62,017 nt of DNA from an uncultured bacterium (lineage in GTDB: Bacteria; Patescibacteriota; Minisyncoccia; Phycocordibacterales; CAIZLB01). Positions 50,674 through 60,804 of this stretch are shown piece after piece. The notes beneath the pieces are model-generated. The model had not been told where the DNA came from, did no database searches, and saw nothing but the letters and a program-made list of their open reading frames with translations. The DNA is taken from contig CAIZVZ010000004.1 in NCBI GenBank assembly GCA_903936565.1, forward strand, positions 1 through 62,017, read 5' to 3'. A program made the position numbers and the translations under genes. The first letter of the stretch is position 1. Every line of letters begins with the position of its first letter.

Positions 50674-50710
50674 GTAATACCCCTAAGAAGTTCTTTCTTA
50701 GGGGTATTAC
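50674..50710. other. 16-bp perfect inverted repeat (hairpin without a U tract)
   Basis: GTAATACCCCTAAGAA-gttct-TTCTTAGGGGTATTAC, about 50 nt downstream of the minus-strand gene ending at 50760. Confidence 0.6.
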
Positions 50711-50759
50711 ACCATAGTCAGTTGGCACAATTACGACAACTGGTCAGAGATAAAGATGA

Positions 50760-52598
50760 TTACTTCACCTTGATAACCTCTTTTGTCTGTGCGCCAACTA
50801 CTCCTGTTGCAGGAATTCCATTATCTTGTTGGAACTTAATAACGGCTTGTTTTGTTTTTTCTCCAAAGTAGTTTGATTCGTTACCTGGTGATCCAGCCTC
50901 ACCAGGAGTCTCATTTACTACATATCCTTTTGTATTCAGATATTTTTGTAGAGCTGCGACACCACTTTGTACTGACCCCTTCTGTAGATTAAGAGCTGAT
51001 TTAATAGCTGAGTAAATCGCTGAAGGTGATGAGAACATTGAAGTAGATGGTGAGACAAGATCGAAGTTTGCATTTGCTGTTTGATTTTTGGTCATTGGCA
51101 ATGTACATGTCAACGCTCTTCCACTACATACGTCACTATCATTCCATCCCGCAAATTTAGCCTTCGTAGAATCAGTAACTGAAACAGTAACCGTTGCAGA
51201 AGATCCCGCAGGATATGAAGTTTTACCTAGTGGTGTAACTACTCCATAAGAAGCAGCTGCTCCTGATTTTGTTACGACCAAGTCATAGGTTCCGGTAGTA
51301 ACTGGTGTTATGGGTGGTGTTACAGGAGGTGTTGTAGGTGGAGTTACGGGTGGTGTTACGGGTGGTGTTGCTGTACCTGAGTTTGTTGCTGGACTAAATC
51401 GGGCGTAGATTATTGTGTCAACATCTAAAGCAAAACTACAGGTCGAACCCTGGTTGTTACACTTTCCACCTGAGTAGTAGCCATCGATTCCATTATTACT
51501 CCATCCTGAAAAAATATAACCTGGAGCTGGTACAGCCGTCATAGTTACGAGAGATCCAATAGGTAGTTGTCCGGAAGGTGTTCCCGTAACACTTCCCACA
51601 CTTGAATTAACAGTTGGGATTCCCATGGAATAGTTAAGATTCAAATCCTTAAATACAACAATTTTATTAAAACCAAGTGTTGAATTAGCAGATACGTTTA
51701 CAGCCTTGAAAACAGCCTCTGTACCCATATTGCCATTAAGGATAAATGTACATGTTGGATTTCCACCGGAACATGGTCCAGATCCAAACCAAGTAAGGAA
51801 CATTGATCCCTGAGCTGGAGTTGCGGTCAAGGTAATACGTGTACCAGCTGGATACGTTCCGGTCACAACGCTGTTGGATCCATAGGTTTTTACAGCACTT
51901 TGTGTTCCACTAATGGATCCACTGGATTCACCCTGTTCTCCTGGAGCGTTATTTAGGTAAGTTGTAAATGTATACATTGTACCTGTTGCGACAACTGTGG
52001 TTGTAGCAGTCGTAGGTGTAACAGGAACACTTAAATCAAATACCGCATTAGCCACTTGATCCTCAGTTATAACAAAAGAGTACCTCGTACTTTTTCCAGA
52101 AGCCCTTCCGTTATTCCAACCTGAGAACTTTGAATTTCCAATTGGTGTAGCTTCCAAAACAACATTGGAACCCTCATTATAAAGTCCTGCCCCAGTCACA
52201 TTTCCGAAACCATTTCCCGAAGTTGAAGTTACAAGTCTGTATTTTGCTCCGGTAAGTGGTGTAAGAGCACCAAGACACTCCACTGTAGCCATTGGTCTAG
52301 TTATTGGACCAAAATACCCGTTAGATGGAGACACACCTCTTGCAACTTGGTATGAGGCAAGCGCAGTCCTTAGTGTCGATCCAAAGATATCACCAGCAGG
52401 TGAAGTCAAAAAACCCGTCCTTGTTAAAAATTTTTGAAGATTTACTAAATCATTAGTTGCAGGATCATTAACAGACCCAACTGTTAAATCTCTATTAAAA
52501 GTACATTCAGCCTGTGAAGCTGCGCTCACCTGCGATAAATTCACAAAACCAAATGTAAAAATAGCAAGCATGATAAATAGGTAACGATATGTTTTCAT
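50760..52598 (-). CDS. Secreted protein with N- and C-terminal peptidoglycan-binding domains and InlB-B-repeat-like modules
   Basis: Signal peptide. PG_binding_1-like segments lie at both ends (LVNLQKFLTRTGFL...FGSTLRTALASYQ; VAALQKYLNTKGYV...FGEKTKQAVIKFQQDNGIPATG). Repeated Y..GS.VTLTATP..G..F.GW modules and a PPVTPPVTPPTTPPVTPPITP linker are present. Confidence 0.6.
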   Translation of the reverse strand: MKTYRYLFIMLAIFTFGFVNLSQVSAASQAECTFNRDLTVGSVNDPATNDLVNLQKFLTRTGFLTSPAGDIFGSTLRTALASYQVARGVSPSNGYFGPITRPMATVECLGALTPLTGAKYRLVTSTSGNGFGNVTGAGLYNEGSNVVLEATPIGNSKFSGWNNGRASGKSTRYSFVITEDQVANAVFDLSVPVTPTTATTTVVATGTMYTFTTYLNNAPGEQGESSGSISGTQSAVKTYGSNSVVTGTYPAGTRITLTATPAQGSMFLTWFGSGPCSGGNPTCTFILNGNMGTEAVFKAVNVSANSTLGFNKIVVFKDLNLNYSMGIPTVNSSVGSVTGTPSGQLPIGSLVTMTAVPAPGYIFSGWSNNGIDGYYSGGKCNNQGSTCSFALDVDTIIYARFSPATNSGTATPPVTPPVTPPTTPPVTPPITPVTTGTYDLVVTKSGAAASYGVVTPLGKTSYPAGSSATVTVSVTDSTKAKFAGWNDSDVCSGRALTCTLPMTKNQTANANFDLVSPSTSMFSSPSAIYSAIKSALNLQKGSVQSGVAALQKYLNTKGYVVNETPGEAGSPGNESNYFGEKTKQAVIKFQQDNGIPATGVVGAQTKEVIKVK

Positions 52599-52706
52599 AA
52601 GAAAAAATAATTATTTTAATAAGCTAGTAATACGATGTTATTATAACCTTTTGATATCCAATAAGCTAAATTGTTATACACAGATAATTTATGATAAAAT
52701 CAGAGT

Positions 52707-53903
52707 GTGAAAAATAACGAAGATGACCGAACTACAACTTGTTCAAATGATAATATCAAAAAACCATATATCAGTGTTATTTTACCATGTCTCAACGAAG
52801 AAAAAGGTATATCAATGTGCATAGAATCCATAAATAAAGTTGCAAATAGTGCGAATTTAGATATAGAAATAATTGTAGTAGACAATGGATCGACAGACTC
52901 TTCAGTAGAAATAGTTCAAAATCTCTCAATAAAATTTCCAAATATTATCCTAGAAAAAGAGCCGATTAAAGGATATGGATCCGCATACCTACATGGTCTT
53001 GCTAAAGCAGCGGGTAAATATATTTTTATGGCCGACGCAGATAACACTTACGACTTTGAAGATATTCCTAAGTTTATCGAAAAACTAAAACAAGGAAATG
53101 ACCTAGTGGTCGGCAATAGATTTAGCGGAATGATGGAGGCTAACTCCATGACCTTCTTGCACAGATGGATTGGCAACCCAATTCTATCAACTCTCGTTAG
53201 ATTATTTTTCAAAATCAAAATTCACGATATTCACTGCGGAGCAAGAGCGATTTCAAAAGAAGCATATTCAAAACTAACACTTTACACACTGGGTATGGAG
53301 TTTGCATCAGAGATGATAATTAAAGCTGCTAAAGCAAAATTAAAAATTGTAGAAATTCCAATTAAATACAGATTGCGAATTGGTGAGTCCAAATTAGAAA
53401 CTTTTTCTGATGGATGGCGCCACCTTAGATTTATACTACTATATTCCCCTCTTGTAATATTTTTAATTCCTGGATTACTATTGTTTTTATTTGGAATAAT
53501 TTCAATGCTAATACTTTTTATGGGGAATTTTTCCCTATTTGGAATCACACTGTATTTTCACCCCATGTTTCTGTCTTCTCTGTGCATAATATTAGGATAT
53601 GAACTAATTTTCTTTACAGGTTTTTCAAGAATTTATGCAGTAACACATCTTGGCGACACTGATAAAATAATTGAGAAATTATTCAAATTATTAACACTAG
53701 AGAAAGCTATTGCACTTGGTAGTATAATCGCTGTTGCATCAATCGCAGTATTTGTAGCAATCTTTGTACAATGGATAGGCAGTAATTTGGGCGGTTTTGA
53801 TCAGACAAAAAATATGATAGTTGCACTAACCCTCGCTGTCGTTGGAATACAAACAATTATGGGATCGTTCATGTTAAGCATCTTAGGTATTAAAGAAAAA
53901 TAA
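52707..53903 (+). CDS. Family-2 glycosyltransferase with a C-terminal membrane domain (polyprenyl-phosphate sugar transferase-like)
   Basis: ISVILPCLNEE, VVDNGSTDSS, MADADNTYD, then four or more TM helices. Confidence 0.75.
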   Translation: MKNNEDDRTTTCSNDNIKKPYISVILPCLNEEKGISMCIESINKVANSANLDIEIIVVDNGSTDSSVEIVQNLSIKFPNIILEKEPIKGYGSAYLHGLAKAAGKYIFMADADNTYDFEDIPKFIEKLKQGNDLVVGNRFSGMMEANSMTFLHRWIGNPILSTLVRLFFKIKIHDIHCGARAISKEAYSKLTLYTLGMEFASEMIIKAAKAKLKIVEIPIKYRLRIGESKLETFSDGWRHLRFILLYSPLVIFLIPGLLLFLFGIISMLILFMGNFSLFGITLYFHPMFLSSLCIILGYELIFFTGFSRIYAVTHLGDTDKIIEKLFKLLTLEKAIALGSIIAVASIAVFVAIFVQWIGSNLGGFDQTKNMIVALTLAVVGIQTIMGSFMLSILGIKEK

Positions 53904-53926
53904 TTCAATAAATTAAATTTTATAGT

Positions 53927-55045
53927 ATGAAAATCGCAATATTTCACAATTATTTAGACAACATAGGAGGCGCAGAACTGGTTGCCCTCACTCTAGCTCG
54001 CGAATTTAATGCTGATGTATATACAACCAATATAGATACAAATTATATAATTAAAATGGGATTTGAGGATGTAATTCCAAGAATCAAGTCACTAGGCACA
54101 ATTCCCAAAAAGGCCCCTTTTAAACACCAGTTTGCATTTTGGAAATTTAGAAAGCTAAATCTAGGTAATCAATATGATTTTTATATTGTCGCAGGAGACT
54201 GGGCGATGTCTGGAGTAGTTAATAACAAACCAAACATGTGGTATGCACATGGCCCAACAAATGAATTGTGGGAATGGAAAGAATATATTAAAAAAACAAT
54301 GCTAACATCGTGGCAGAGGCCGATCTTTGATGTATGGGTTTTTATTAATAGGATATTTTCAAGAAGATATATAAAGCACGTCAACGTACTGGTTTGTAAT
54401 TCAAGAAATTCGCAAGGTAGAATAAAAAGATACTATCAAAAGGACGCGTCGATAATTAATCCCCCTATCGACACAACAAAATATAGCAACAATGGTGATG
54501 GAGGATACTGGCTATCGGTAAACAGATTTATTCCTGCCAAGAGAATAGAAATACAAGTAGAGGCCTTTAAGGGTGACGCAAGGAAGCTGATTATTGTTGG
54601 GAGCTATGAAAAAGGAGCTGATCAATTTGAGGGATACAAAGGAAAAATAGAAAGCCTTATGAAATCTCACAAATCAAATATCGAAATAATTCACTGGGCA
54701 ACAGATACTGAACTTAAGAAATTATATTCCGAATGCAAGGGCTTTATTACAACGTCAATGGATGAAGACTTCGGGATGACAGTAGTCGAAGCGATGGCGT
54801 CCGGCAAACCAGTAATTGCACCAAATGAGGGCGGCTACAAAGAAAGCATTTTAGATAATGAAAACGGTATATTAATTGAAGATATAAACGGCGACAAATT
54901 GCGTGATGCAATAAACATTATTGAAAGTAATTTGGAAAATGATAAAGATAGGTATGTACAAACAAATCAAAATAGAGCCAAAAAATTTGACACCTCAACC
55001 TTTATCTCACAAATTAAGACAAAGATTGATTATATTAGTAAGTAA
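53927..55045 (+). CDS. Family-4 glycosyltransferase
   Basis: GGAELVALTLA near the N-terminus and the GT-B C-terminal block EDFGMTVVEAMASGKPVIAPNEGG. Confidence 0.75.
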   Translation: MKIAIFHNYLDNIGGAELVALTLAREFNADVYTTNIDTNYIIKMGFEDVIPRIKSLGTIPKKAPFKHQFAFWKFRKLNLGNQYDFYIVAGDWAMSGVVNNKPNMWYAHGPTNELWEWKEYIKKTMLTSWQRPIFDVWVFINRIFSRRYIKHVNVLVCNSRNSQGRIKRYYQKDASIINPPIDTTKYSNNGDGGYWLSVNRFIPAKRIEIQVEAFKGDARKLIIVGSYEKGADQFEGYKGKIESLMKSHKSNIEIIHWATDTELKKLYSECKGFITTSMDEDFGMTVVEAMASGKPVIAPNEGGYKESILDNENGILIEDINGDKLRDAINIIESNLENDKDRYVQTNQNRAKKFDTSTFISQIKTKIDYISK

Positions 55046-55085
55046 TATACTGATCACAAAATAGAACCGCCGGACTTCGCCACCA

Positions 55086-55883
55086 TCAATCGAAGTTAAT
55101 TATTTTTCTATCCTCTCCGAATAATATTGGCCACCAAACCTCCAGCATCCACGCTGATATATAATTCATACAGGCGCACGGTTGAGGGTGTTGTTTAAAT
55201 ATATAACACTGCGTTCGATTGTTTTCCGCTTCAACTAATTTATTTAGAAGAAATTCATATTCTCTTAAGGAATGCTTTAATATTTTTTCTCTCGACACGA
55301 TAAATTGAGCTCCCCAAGGAAATTCGCCAGCGGGACGTTTAATACCAAAGTATTTAAAAGTAGATTTTTCAATTATGTCTATATAAATATCGGTTTCACC
55401 TCTATAATACTCTGCATTTCTCCCGAGAGGATAATAATCTTGTCCTTTGAATTTATTTAACCTATTGCCTAGTAAAATTGAATGAGGAAAAGGCTCCCCC
55501 TGCAAGAACGCTACATATTTTGGAAGTGCATTATAATTATCAACAATGTATGTTAAATATGTATGCGCCTCCCTTCCTACGTTCGGTAATTTTTTGTATT
55601 TAATATCACTAGAAATAGTATCGTCCCCACCCTTGCTGTATACCACATACCCATAAGACAATTTTTTAACCCAATTAACATCTTCTTTATATCTTGCGAT
55701 AACAAAAAAAAGATCGTAATTCTTTCTAAATAGAAATGAATTGTGGACGTAAAAAATAAATCTGGATAATTCATCTACAGCAAAGTCGTAAAGTGTATCC
55801 TTAAAGAATATAATTGGTCCAAAAATATAACTTCCCTTCCCCCTTTTACTCTCTATGTATTTTCTTAATTTTGCAAATCTCAT
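55086..55883 (-). CDS. DUF3431-like protein (uncharacterised, glycan-cluster associated)
   Basis: FFVIARYKEDVNWV and LPNVGREAHTYLTYIVDNYNALPKYVAFLQGEP resemble the DUF3431 family pattern, which I know mainly from eukaryotes. The gene ends with TGA. Confidence 0.4.
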   Translation of the reverse strand: MRFAKLRKYIESKRGKGSYIFGPIIFFKDTLYDFAVDELSRFIFYVHNSFLFRKNYDLFFVIARYKEDVNWVKKLSYGYVVYSKGGDDTISSDIKYKKLPNVGREAHTYLTYIVDNYNALPKYVAFLQGEPFPHSILLGNRLNKFKGQDYYPLGRNAEYYRGETDIYIDIIEKSTFKYFGIKRPAGEFPWGAQFIVSREKILKHSLREYEFLLNKLVEAENNRTQCYIFKQHPQPCACMNYISAWMLEVWWPILFGEDRKIINFD

Positions 55884-55896
55884 AATTTATTTTAAA

Positions 55897-56814
55897 TTAA
55901 AATTTCTTTCGTAAATATTTAATAGGCGCAACTATGTATCTAATAAACATACTATTATCTATTATCGGATAAAGGGCACTGACCTTAATCCACGTCTCTG
56001 GAATCAAATCCTTTTCATGTTTAAAAAAGTTTGGCCTCCAAAGACACTCCTTAGGAAAGACTACTGTCTTTCCATGATTTTGATTAAGATAACCTGCCCA
56101 CCAGCTAAAAGTTGAAGCTGAGCATACTATATCATGACAACGACTCATTAAATAAAAGTCTTCCCAGTCTGTATTTCCTTCTATAAAAATTAAATTGTCG
56201 AATTTTGCAAAGTATTTTTTTGCTAGATCAATATCATCAGAAAAGACGACGATGGTCCTATTGATATTTTTTTTGCCGTTCAACACCCCTCCTTTGGCTA
56301 TTGAGTTTAATTTACTGATTAATTTTAATGCTCGATGATAATATTTTTTTCTTGGTACATAAAATAACTTTTTAATTAATTCATCATGAAATTTATCTCC
56401 CAACCTCAAATGTATGGCTATCGTATTGCTGAAATCAATATCCCTATATTTTTCCCTAACAGAAGAAAACTTTTCTTCATTAAATCTATACCATTGCCTA
56501 ACTGCAACTTTATTAAAACACTTTTCACTTTCAAAAGAACCGCTTATGTTTGTATTGTCATTTATTAAAACAGGCTTTCTTCTAAAACTCACACCGGGAC
56601 CCTCTGCATAAAAGTTTTTAATCTCATTTTTTGTTTTTATCAAATCATACTCTCTTAATTCCTGATCGCATAAATCAAAAATCTCATCCCCTATCCATTT
56701 TGGACAATAAAATTCTGTACCCAACTTCTCAGCTTGAGTCCTCAAAAAGGCATATTGGAAAAGTTGATTTCCTAATCTAACTCCTTCTTTTCCTAAATTA
56801 ATATATGACAACAT
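55897..56814 (-). CDS. Family-11 glycosyltransferase (alpha-1,2-fucosyltransferase-like)
   Basis: GRLGNQLFQYAF-type N-terminus (VRLGNQLFQYAFL), IAIHLRLGD (HxRRGD-type motif) and SASTFSWWAGYLN. Confidence 0.7.
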   Translation of the reverse strand: MLSYINLGKEGVRLGNQLFQYAFLRTQAEKLGTEFYCPKWIGDEIFDLCDQELREYDLIKTKNEIKNFYAEGPGVSFRRKPVLINDNTNISGSFESEKCFNKVAVRQWYRFNEEKFSSVREKYRDIDFSNTIAIHLRLGDKFHDELIKKLFYVPRKKYYHRALKLISKLNSIAKGGVLNGKKNINRTIVVFSDDIDLAKKYFAKFDNLIFIEGNTDWEDFYLMSRCHDIVCSASTFSWWAGYLNQNHGKTVVFPKECLWRPNFFKHEKDLIPETWIKVSALYPIIDNSMFIRYIVAPIKYLRKKF

Positions 56815-56815
56815 T

Positions 56816-58627
56816 TTATTTAACTTTACTGAATTTATACAAAACCAACCCCTCAGAACTTTCTCCCACCTCTATAAAATTAGGGCAGTAAAATCTTTTG
56901 GAATAAGCGTAACTTATATTATGATCGATTGATACTATATCTTTTTCTTCACACTTAGTATTTGCAAACCAATCATAATTTAAAACAAAGACACCAACAG
57001 TAGAAGGTTTTGAGGTCATCGGATAATTACCTGTTGCAGCAGACAAAACAAGACCCTTCCATGGTGGAGAGATGAATGTCTTTTTTGTAAAGCTGGAAAA
57101 AAGAGTGAGATCATCTTCTGTCAAAAAACCGCTGGCGGTCGGAGCTGGGCGAAGCATTACCCCTTCTGGGTCATTATTTGAATGTAGCATGAGATCTTTC
57201 CAGGAATCATTTTGAGTATAAGTAAATGACAATTGTATTGCCACCAAAATACACATCGCTGTTAAAATGTTTTTAAGCTTTTCATTAATAAATCTTTTAA
57301 CAAGATAATTCAAGGAAAAACCAAAAAATATTAAAATTAAAAATGAAGTTATAGTTACAACCCTTGGATAATCTATAATCAAAACACGATATGCGCGAAC
57401 ATAGCACAACCAAAAAACCAACCCCGTAAACAGCGGTAATAATATGAAGTAAAGTCGTTTTCGAATTGCCAAAAATATACCAAATAGAGCAAATGGCATT
57501 ACAAAAATTGGTAAGACAAACCAAATTGGAAAAGATAAATAACCTCCAACTAGATTTGTTCTGAAAAAATAGAAACGCAGAGTATCTAAGATTGCAAGTG
57601 GATTTATGCTATTGAAAACCAGAGACCCAACAATAACAAGCGCTAGAATAGATAATAAAATAATATGGACTATAGCCTTAACTTTTGCGCCATCATTTTT
57701 TATAATTAACGCAATCCAAATCGGTACAACAAAAACAATAAACGCGGGGTACAGACATAAAGTAAACAAACTAGAGATAGCAAAAAGTTTATTGTTTCCT
57801 TTGGCAAATCCGATCAAACTAATCAAATAAAACGGTAGCGCAAAAGTCATCGGAATTAAAAACCAAATTCCTGGCAAATTTCCACCGTTAGTTATATAAG
57901 GAATTATTAAGACAGAAAGCGCAGATACCCTCTTGTCCACCCCAAGTGAAATAAGTAAGGCAAAAAAGGAGATACAAGTCAGTAGCCCAACAAGCAAGTT
58001 TACAAATTCAAAATCATTCAAAGGGTTAAGACCAAAGAACAAGAAGATATCAGATAAAAATGAGAAGTATGGAACAAGAGGATTTTTAAAACTTTGACTC
58101 TCAAGTAACGGGTTTACCACAGGCAAAGAATGACTACCGATAGTGTAATTAACAAATGCAACGCCCACCCATTCATCAGAAAAATATGGATATGGATATA
58201 AACTGTTTTCCACATTAGATGGTCCAACATGAGAATTTACAACACCCGTAAAATTATAGTGAACTGATGCTAAATTTAGTAAGATAACAGCAAAAGCAAT
58301 GGTAATTAGTAAATTTTGTTTACTTATTATTTTCTTACCAGACATCATAGCTTTCCGTAGCAGATGTGCGTATCCAACGCGTGTGTGATGGTGGTTATTT
58401 TTTATTTTTAAATAAACAAAAACTCCAACTCCTAAACTTATTAGTGAATATATAGTCAAAATTATCCAATACTCAAAAAGGTGTAGTGATTGTGTGGTTA
58501 GCGCAATCAACATGTGTACAAAAAAACTCATCGTCAAAATAGAGAAAAAACCTATCACCTTATCTTTAAATAAAAAAAGTGATGTAAACGGAATTGTAAA
58601 AATTATTATTCCCAAAAAAGTTATCAT
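56816..58627 (-). CDS. Large polytopic membrane protein (possible GT-C-type glycosyltransferase or polymerase)
   Basis: More than 12 hydrophobic helices followed by a soluble C-terminal ~140 aa. It directly precedes the GT11 gene with a 1-nt gap. The functional call rests on context only. Confidence 0.35.
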   Translation of the reverse strand: MITFLGIIIFTIPFTSLFLFKDKVIGFFSILTMSFFVHMLIALTTQSLHLFEYWIILTIYSLISLGVGVFVYLKIKNNHHHTRVGYAHLLRKAMMSGKKIISKQNLLITIAFAVILLNLASVHYNFTGVVNSHVGPSNVENSLYPYPYFSDEWVGVAFVNYTIGSHSLPVVNPLLESQSFKNPLVPYFSFLSDIFLFFGLNPLNDFEFVNLLVGLLTCISFFALLISLGVDKRVSALSVLIIPYITNGGNLPGIWFLIPMTFALPFYLISLIGFAKGNNKLFAISSLFTLCLYPAFIVFVVPIWIALIIKNDGAKVKAIVHIILLSILALVIVGSLVFNSINPLAILDTLRFYFFRTNLVGGYLSFPIWFVLPIFVMPFALFGIFLAIRKRLYFILLPLFTGLVFWLCYVRAYRVLIIDYPRVVTITSFLILIFFGFSLNYLVKRFINEKLKNILTAMCILVAIQLSFTYTQNDSWKDLMLHSNNDPEGVMLRPAPTASGFLTEDDLTLFSSFTKKTFISPPWKGLVLSAATGNYPMTSKPSTVGVFVLNYDWFANTKCEEKDIVSIDHNISYAYSKRFYCPNFIEVGESSEGLVLYKFSKVK

Positions 58628-58663
58628 TAGAAAATTTTGTTTTAAATAATCAACAATATCATT

Positions 58664-59515
58664 CTATAGACCATTCATTATCCTAAGCTTCTTCTCCACC
58701 ACCTCTGCCACTGCGTCCTCAGCAGTTTTTAGATACTTATATGGAGCCACCTCATCTTTATGTTCTTCAAGTGACTTAATCAATGCATCCTTATAAGCTA
58801 CGCGAAGCTCTGTGTTGTAGTGAACAATACTAATTCCCGCAAGGACCGCAAGATGCAATTCTTCATCGGTAATTCCAGATGCACCATGTAGAACAAGAGG
58901 AACACTGCTGGCTTGTCTGATTTCTTTTATCCTCTCAATATTAAGCGCGGGATTACCTCCTTTTATTATACCGTGAACATTACCAACGGCCGGCGCAAGC
59001 AAATCAACTCCAGTTTTGTCAACAAAATCTTTTGCTTCAATTGGCTGAGTTAATGAATTCGGATCAATGCTTACCCCTTCAGGTAGTGCGTCTAATACTT
59101 TTGATGACTGCCCAATGTAGCCCAACTCTCCTTCAACCAGAACCCCCTTACTTTTTGCATATTCCACAACCTTCTTGGTTGTTTCAATACTTTCCTCCTT
59201 ACCTTTTGATGCGTAATCAATTATTACAGCATCATACCCTGCATCAATAACTTCAACTGATCGTTCATAAGAATAAGTATGATCCGCATTTAGAAAAATT
59301 TCCACACCATCCTTACGAGCAGATTCCACAAGGGAAACTACGTTCTTAACCCCAACAAAGTCCCTCTCCCCTTCCGAAACTCCAATAATTACTGGAACAT
59401 TTAATTTTTTAGCGGTTTTAACAATCGCATTAAAGGCCTCCAAGTTCGAGATATTAAAATGTCCAACAGCCTTACCTTCTGAGGTAGCTTTATTTATTAC
59501 ATCGATTAATTTCAT
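58664..59515 (-). CDS. fba: Class II fructose-bisphosphate aldolase family protein
   Basis: AVGHFNISNLEAFNAIVKTAKKLNVPVIIGVSEG, LNADHT, GELGYIG, LAPAVGNVHG and LVLHGASG. Confidence 0.8.
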   Translation of the reverse strand: MKLIDVINKATSEGKAVGHFNISNLEAFNAIVKTAKKLNVPVIIGVSEGERDFVGVKNVVSLVESARKDGVEIFLNADHTYSYERSVEVIDAGYDAVIIDYASKGKEESIETTKKVVEYAKSKGVLVEGELGYIGQSSKVLDALPEGVSIDPNSLTQPIEAKDFVDKTGVDLLAPAVGNVHGIIKGGNPALNIERIKEIRQASSVPLVLHGASGITDEELHLAVLAGISIVHYNTELRVAYKDALIKSLEEHKDEVAPYKYLKTAEDAVAEVVEKKLRIMNGL

Positions 59516-59635
59516 GAATATATAATAGCATATTTAGTGAGAAAATCTCATTCAGATTAATATTTGTAAAATAAAATAAAATAGATATGTTATAATATTT
59601 ATATAAACAAATCGTTTTCAATAAACAAAATCAAC

Positions 59636-60739
59636 ATGTCCTCAATCTTCAAAAAGATCTTTAATAGCGAATATGACATAATTACAATTGGCGACATTGC
59701 GGTTGACGCCTTTATCAGACTTGGACACGACAAAGGTGAGGATAACAATAGTAGGCACATCTCGCCAGAGCAAAATAAAGTCCGAGAATCTATCAACCCA
59801 ATCACAGGACACCGTGAATTGGGATTAGCATTTGGGGAAAAAATACCTTATGAATCCTCTCTGGAGGTTTTTGCTGTCGGAAACAGCGGCAATGTAGCGG
59901 TTGCGTGCGCTCGACTCGGAATGAAAACAGCAATAATAAGTAATATTGGAGATGATTTATATGGACAAAAATCAATTGAGAAATTCAAAAATGAGAAGGT
60001 TGATGCGGAGTTCGTAAAAATAAACAATGGAAGAAAAACGAATTACCATTATATTCTCTGGTACAAGGACGATAGAACAATTTTGACTAAACATGAAGAA
60101 TATACCTATTCCCTACCACCAGTTCTAAATACCAAATGGTTATATCTAAGTTCACTTAGTGAACACTCTGTAGAATTTCATAAAGAAATTGAAGAATATT
60201 TAGATACAAATAAAGATGTAAAACTAATTTTTCAACCCGGGACATTTCAATTGAAGATGGGTCGTGATGCTCTGCGTAACATTTATGCAAAAAGCGAATT
60301 GTTTTTCTGTAATCTAGAAGAAGCGGAGAATATTTTGGGTCTTGAAATCGTTAAAGCAAGTTCAAGCACACAGGAACGTTCGCAGAATATAAAAAGATTA
60401 TTATTAGAGCTCTGTGCACTAGGTATTAAATTACCAGTCATAACAGATGGACCATCCGGCGCATATGTTCTAAAGGAAGGTGAAATTTACAGAATGCCAA
60501 TTTACAATGACACCGGAAAGCCGGTAGAGCGAAACGGTGCAGGTGACGCATTCTCCGCCACCTTCTCTGCTTGCTATATGCGTGGAATGAAAATTGAAGA
60601 CTGCCTAAAATGGGCATCAATCAATGGAATGAATGTGTGCCAACATATCGGATCACATGAAGGATTGCTAAGAGCGGGTGAAATTGAAGTTTTTTTAAGC
60701 CGTGCACCAAAGGGCTGGGGGTTAGAAAAATTAATCTAA
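59636..60739 (+). CDS. PfkB-family carbohydrate kinase
   Basis: Ribokinase-like fold, with GGNSGN-type VGNSGNVAVA near the N-terminus and the C-terminal NGAGDAFSATF signature. Confidence 0.75.
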   Translation: MSSIFKKIFNSEYDIITIGDIAVDAFIRLGHDKGEDNNSRHISPEQNKVRESINPITGHRELGLAFGEKIPYESSLEVFAVGNSGNVAVACARLGMKTAIISNIGDDLYGQKSIEKFKNEKVDAEFVKINNGRKTNYHYILWYKDDRTILTKHEEYTYSLPPVLNTKWLYLSSLSEHSVEFHKEIEEYLDTNKDVKLIFQPGTFQLKMGRDALRNIYAKSELFFCNLEEAENILGLEIVKASSSTQERSQNIKRLLLELCALGIKLPVITDGPSGAYVLKEGEIYRMPIYNDTGKPVERNGAGDAFSATFSACYMRGMKIEDCLKWASINGMNVCQHIGSHEGLLRAGEIEVFLSRAPKGWGLEKLI

Positions 60740-60779
60740 AATTGTTGTAACACGGAAATCACCAAACAAAATTAAGCAT

Positions 60780-60804
60780 AAAAAAACGCGGGGTTAATCC
60801 CGCG
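60780..60804 (-). terminator. Intrinsic terminator oriented for the minus strand
   Basis: On the minus strand: CGCGGG-attaac-CCCGCG followed by TTTTTTT. On the plus strand the hairpin is not followed by a T run. Confidence 0.65.
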
